Assembly (NCBI GenBank): GCA_038087875.1
Contig: CM075990.1
Coordinates: forward strand, 2,544,001 to 2,608,000
Direction: 5' to 3'
DNA: 64,000 nt
DNA from: Malacoraja senta
Lineage: Eukaryota
A program made the translations under genes and the position numbers. Each line of letters begins with the position of its first letter. The stretch's first letter is position 1. The notes under the pieces were generated by a model. It searched no databases, had not been told where the DNA came from, and was given only the letters and a program-made list of their open reading frames with translations. Shown here piece by piece: positions 61,481 through 64,000 of this stretch.

Positions 61481-62419
61481 TAGGAATACGAACCTCAGTT
61501 ACTTTAGAATAGTGTCTCTTTCAGGGCATTGATTTGACAGTCTCAATCCAAACTATGAATCATCGTGCAGCCCCAACCCAAATAGTCACACCTCATTCAA
61601 AAGAAGGGTCTCTACCCGAAACATCATCTATTCCGTTTCCCCATAGATTGCTGTCTGACCTGCTGAGTTACTCCAGCATTTTGTGCCTATCTTCGGATGG
61701 AAAACCATCATCTGCAGTTCCTCGTGTGAAGAAGGGTCTCGACCCGAAACATCGGCCATTCCTGCTCTCTAGAGATGCTGCCTGTCCTGCTGAGTTACTC
61801 CAGCTTATTGTTTCTATCTGCAGTTCCTTCGACACATATTCAATTTAAACATCTCACTTCAATGATTTGAAGAATCCTCGCAGCCCAAGCATCACACTTT
61901 AAATCATTGCTCATTGCTGTTTAATCACTTATACCTTGAATCACTGAACTTTAAAACACAGTAGACCAAACCTTCACAATTTGCTGACTCTTTAGAGTTT
62001 AGACTTTAGAGATATAACGTGGAAACTGGCCCTTCGACCCACTGTCTAGAACACTGTGGCGATAATGAGAGATTTTCACACAATGGGTGGTTGAGGCAGG
62101 GACTATCCCAACATTTAAAAAGCCAGTTAGACAGGTACATGGATAGGACAGGTTTGGAGTGATATGGACCAAATGCTGGAAGGTGGGACTTGTGTAGCTG
62201 GATGTGTGGGCAAGTTGTGCCAAAGGGCCTTTTTCCACACTGTATCACTCCATAAACTATGACTCAATGAGATTGGATAGTCTTGAATTGTTTAGATGGT
62301 GAATGATGTTGTTCTGAAATAGAGCGACCCTTCATTCCTTGCCATTGGGATTCAAAAACAGGAGATTTGAAACAATGTAGAAAGAATGGGTTTTAGCCTT
62401 CAGACATTACTCAAGACTT

Positions 62420-62670
62420 TAAACAGGCCCTTCGGCCCCACAAGTCGTCACCGACCAACGAACCCCGTACTGAATCGTAAGCGTAATTTTTACCGAAAGC
62501 CAATTAACCTGCAAACCAGCACGTCTCTGGAGTGTGGGAGGAAATCGGAGCAGGCGGAGAAAACCCACGCAGGTCACGGGGAGAACGTACAAACTCCGTA
62601 CAGGACAGCACCCGTAGTCAGGATCGCACTCGGGTGAGGCAGCAACTCTACCGCTGCGCCACCGTGCCGT
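62420..62670 (-). mobile_element. HE1-type V-SINE
   Basis: V-domain and head. Confidence 0.8.
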
Positions 62671-62882
62671 CCCAGTGATGAACAATGAAAATCTTGCTTG
62701 CAGCAACATCACTGCACAAAGACAAACACAAAAACATTAAATATGAATTGCACATAAAATTCTAAAAGCAAGAAATCGGTGCAAAAACATAATTAGAAAA
62801 AACATAGGTAATGTTTTAGGTTGGTCTGAAGAAAGGTCTTGAACCTGAAACGTCACACATCCATGTTCTCCAGAGATGTTGC

Positions 62883-62910
62883 CTGAAGAAGGGTTTCGGC
62901 CCGAAACGTT
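62883..62910 (+). ncRNA. Minimal hammerhead-ribozyme-like core, Penelope-associated
   Basis: CUGAAGA-A-GGGU(UUCG)GCCC-GAAAC-GUU. Confidence 0.6.
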
Positions 62911-63139
62911 GCCTATCTCCTTCGCTCCATAGACGCTGCTGCACCCGCTGAGTTTCTCCAGCATTTTTGTCTACCTTCGATTTTCCAGCATCTGCAGTTC
63001 CTTCTTAAACAACATGTTGCCTGACCCACTCTGCTATCTCATTGTCCATTCCTGCATGTACTTCCTTACATTTGTCCTTGAAACTGAAACCAACTGTCGG
63101 ACCTGGAAACAACAACTTGAGATCCAAATCTCAATCCAA

Positions 63140-63470
63140 CTGAGGAATGGTTGTTGGAATTTAATACTGAAAAATGTGAGGTGTTGCATTTCGGTAGACT
63201 AAAATTGGCAGGACCTACACAGTGAAAGGTAGGGCAGAAGGATTTCAGAGCGCAGGTACAGTACATAGTTCGTTGCAAATTACATCGCTGGTTGACAGAG
63301 TGGTCAAAAAGGCTTTTGGCACATTGGCCTTCATCAGTCAGAGTATTGAGTATAGAAGTTTGGATGTCATGTTGCAGTTGTATGTTGGTGAGGCTGCATC
63401 TAGAGTGTGGTCTTCAATTCATGCACTATGTTATAGGAAAGATGTTGTCAAGTTGGAAAAGTCAAGATGT
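63140..63470 (+). mobile_element. Decayed CR1 ORF2 fragment
   Basis: VDRVVKKAFGTLAFISQSIEYRS. Confidence 0.78.
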
Positions 63471-63489
63471 TGTCAAGTTGTCCGTAGTC

Positions 63490-64000
63490 GGTGGGGGCGC
63501 TGCGAGCCGGCAGCCCTAGCAGCAGCGTGTTCGTTTTTTCTACTTTTTTTGTTTTTTTAGTGTGTCTTAATGTATGTTTTTAATGTCTCTTGGTGTGTCT
63601 TGTGTGGGGGGTGGTGTGGGGGGGGGGTAAGGGGGAAACCGTTTCAGCCGCCTCCTCCACGGAGAGCTCCAGCTGGCGGTGTCCTGGGCCTGGGATCCCT
63701 TGTTGGGGACCCGGAAGGAGAAGAGCTCCAACTGCCGGATCGCGGCCTACTTCTACCGCGGGCGCAGCGGGGACTTACCATCCGGAGACCCCTTGAGTGG
63801 AGCTTCGACTGCCGGCCCTGCGGTCTGCGGTGCTTCTGGCTGCGGGGACTTTAAATCTTCGACCGCCGGCCTGCGGCCAACACCATCTTGAAGCCGCGGT
63901 CTCCGGTGGGGAGGCACCGATTCAGGACTTACCTGGACTTACCTTGTCTGAACATCTGGACGCCCGCAGCGGCGGCTGCGGAGGGTTAATGTCCCGACCA
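63490..64000 (+). mobile_element. GC-rich non-autonomous retroposon 5' part, running off the window
   Basis: GC leader, T-rich tract and gggggaaaccgttt motif. Resembles the reverse complement of 12940-13038 and 41840-41980. Confidence 0.55.

Overview
This is eukaryotic, repeat-dense non-coding DNA, most likely from an elasmobranch (shark, skate or ray), judged from HE1-type V-SINEs and their partner CR1/HER1 LINEs. I found no host protein-coding exon I could support, and no rRNA, true tRNA gene or CRISPR array. Every recognisable ORF is a retroelement fragment. The window holds about 35 V-SINE copies or fragments, more than 25 CR1 fragments (four are young with open RT ORFs), Rex1/Babar-like LINE fragments and Penelope-like elements (GIY-YIG remnants plus many hammerhead-ribozyme-like cores). 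It also has one internally deleted Tx1-clade LINE between GA-rich tracts, one decayed RTE/BovB-type LINE, five PIF/Harbinger-type MITEs, a candidate solo LTR, a Helitron-like composite, a GC-rich non-coding retroposon family, several mini/microsatellites and a 200-N gap. Repeat-free, TAAT-rich islands look like conserved non-coding elements in a gene desert or large intron. Family names come from motif recognition only, with no database search, and repeat boundaries are approximate.
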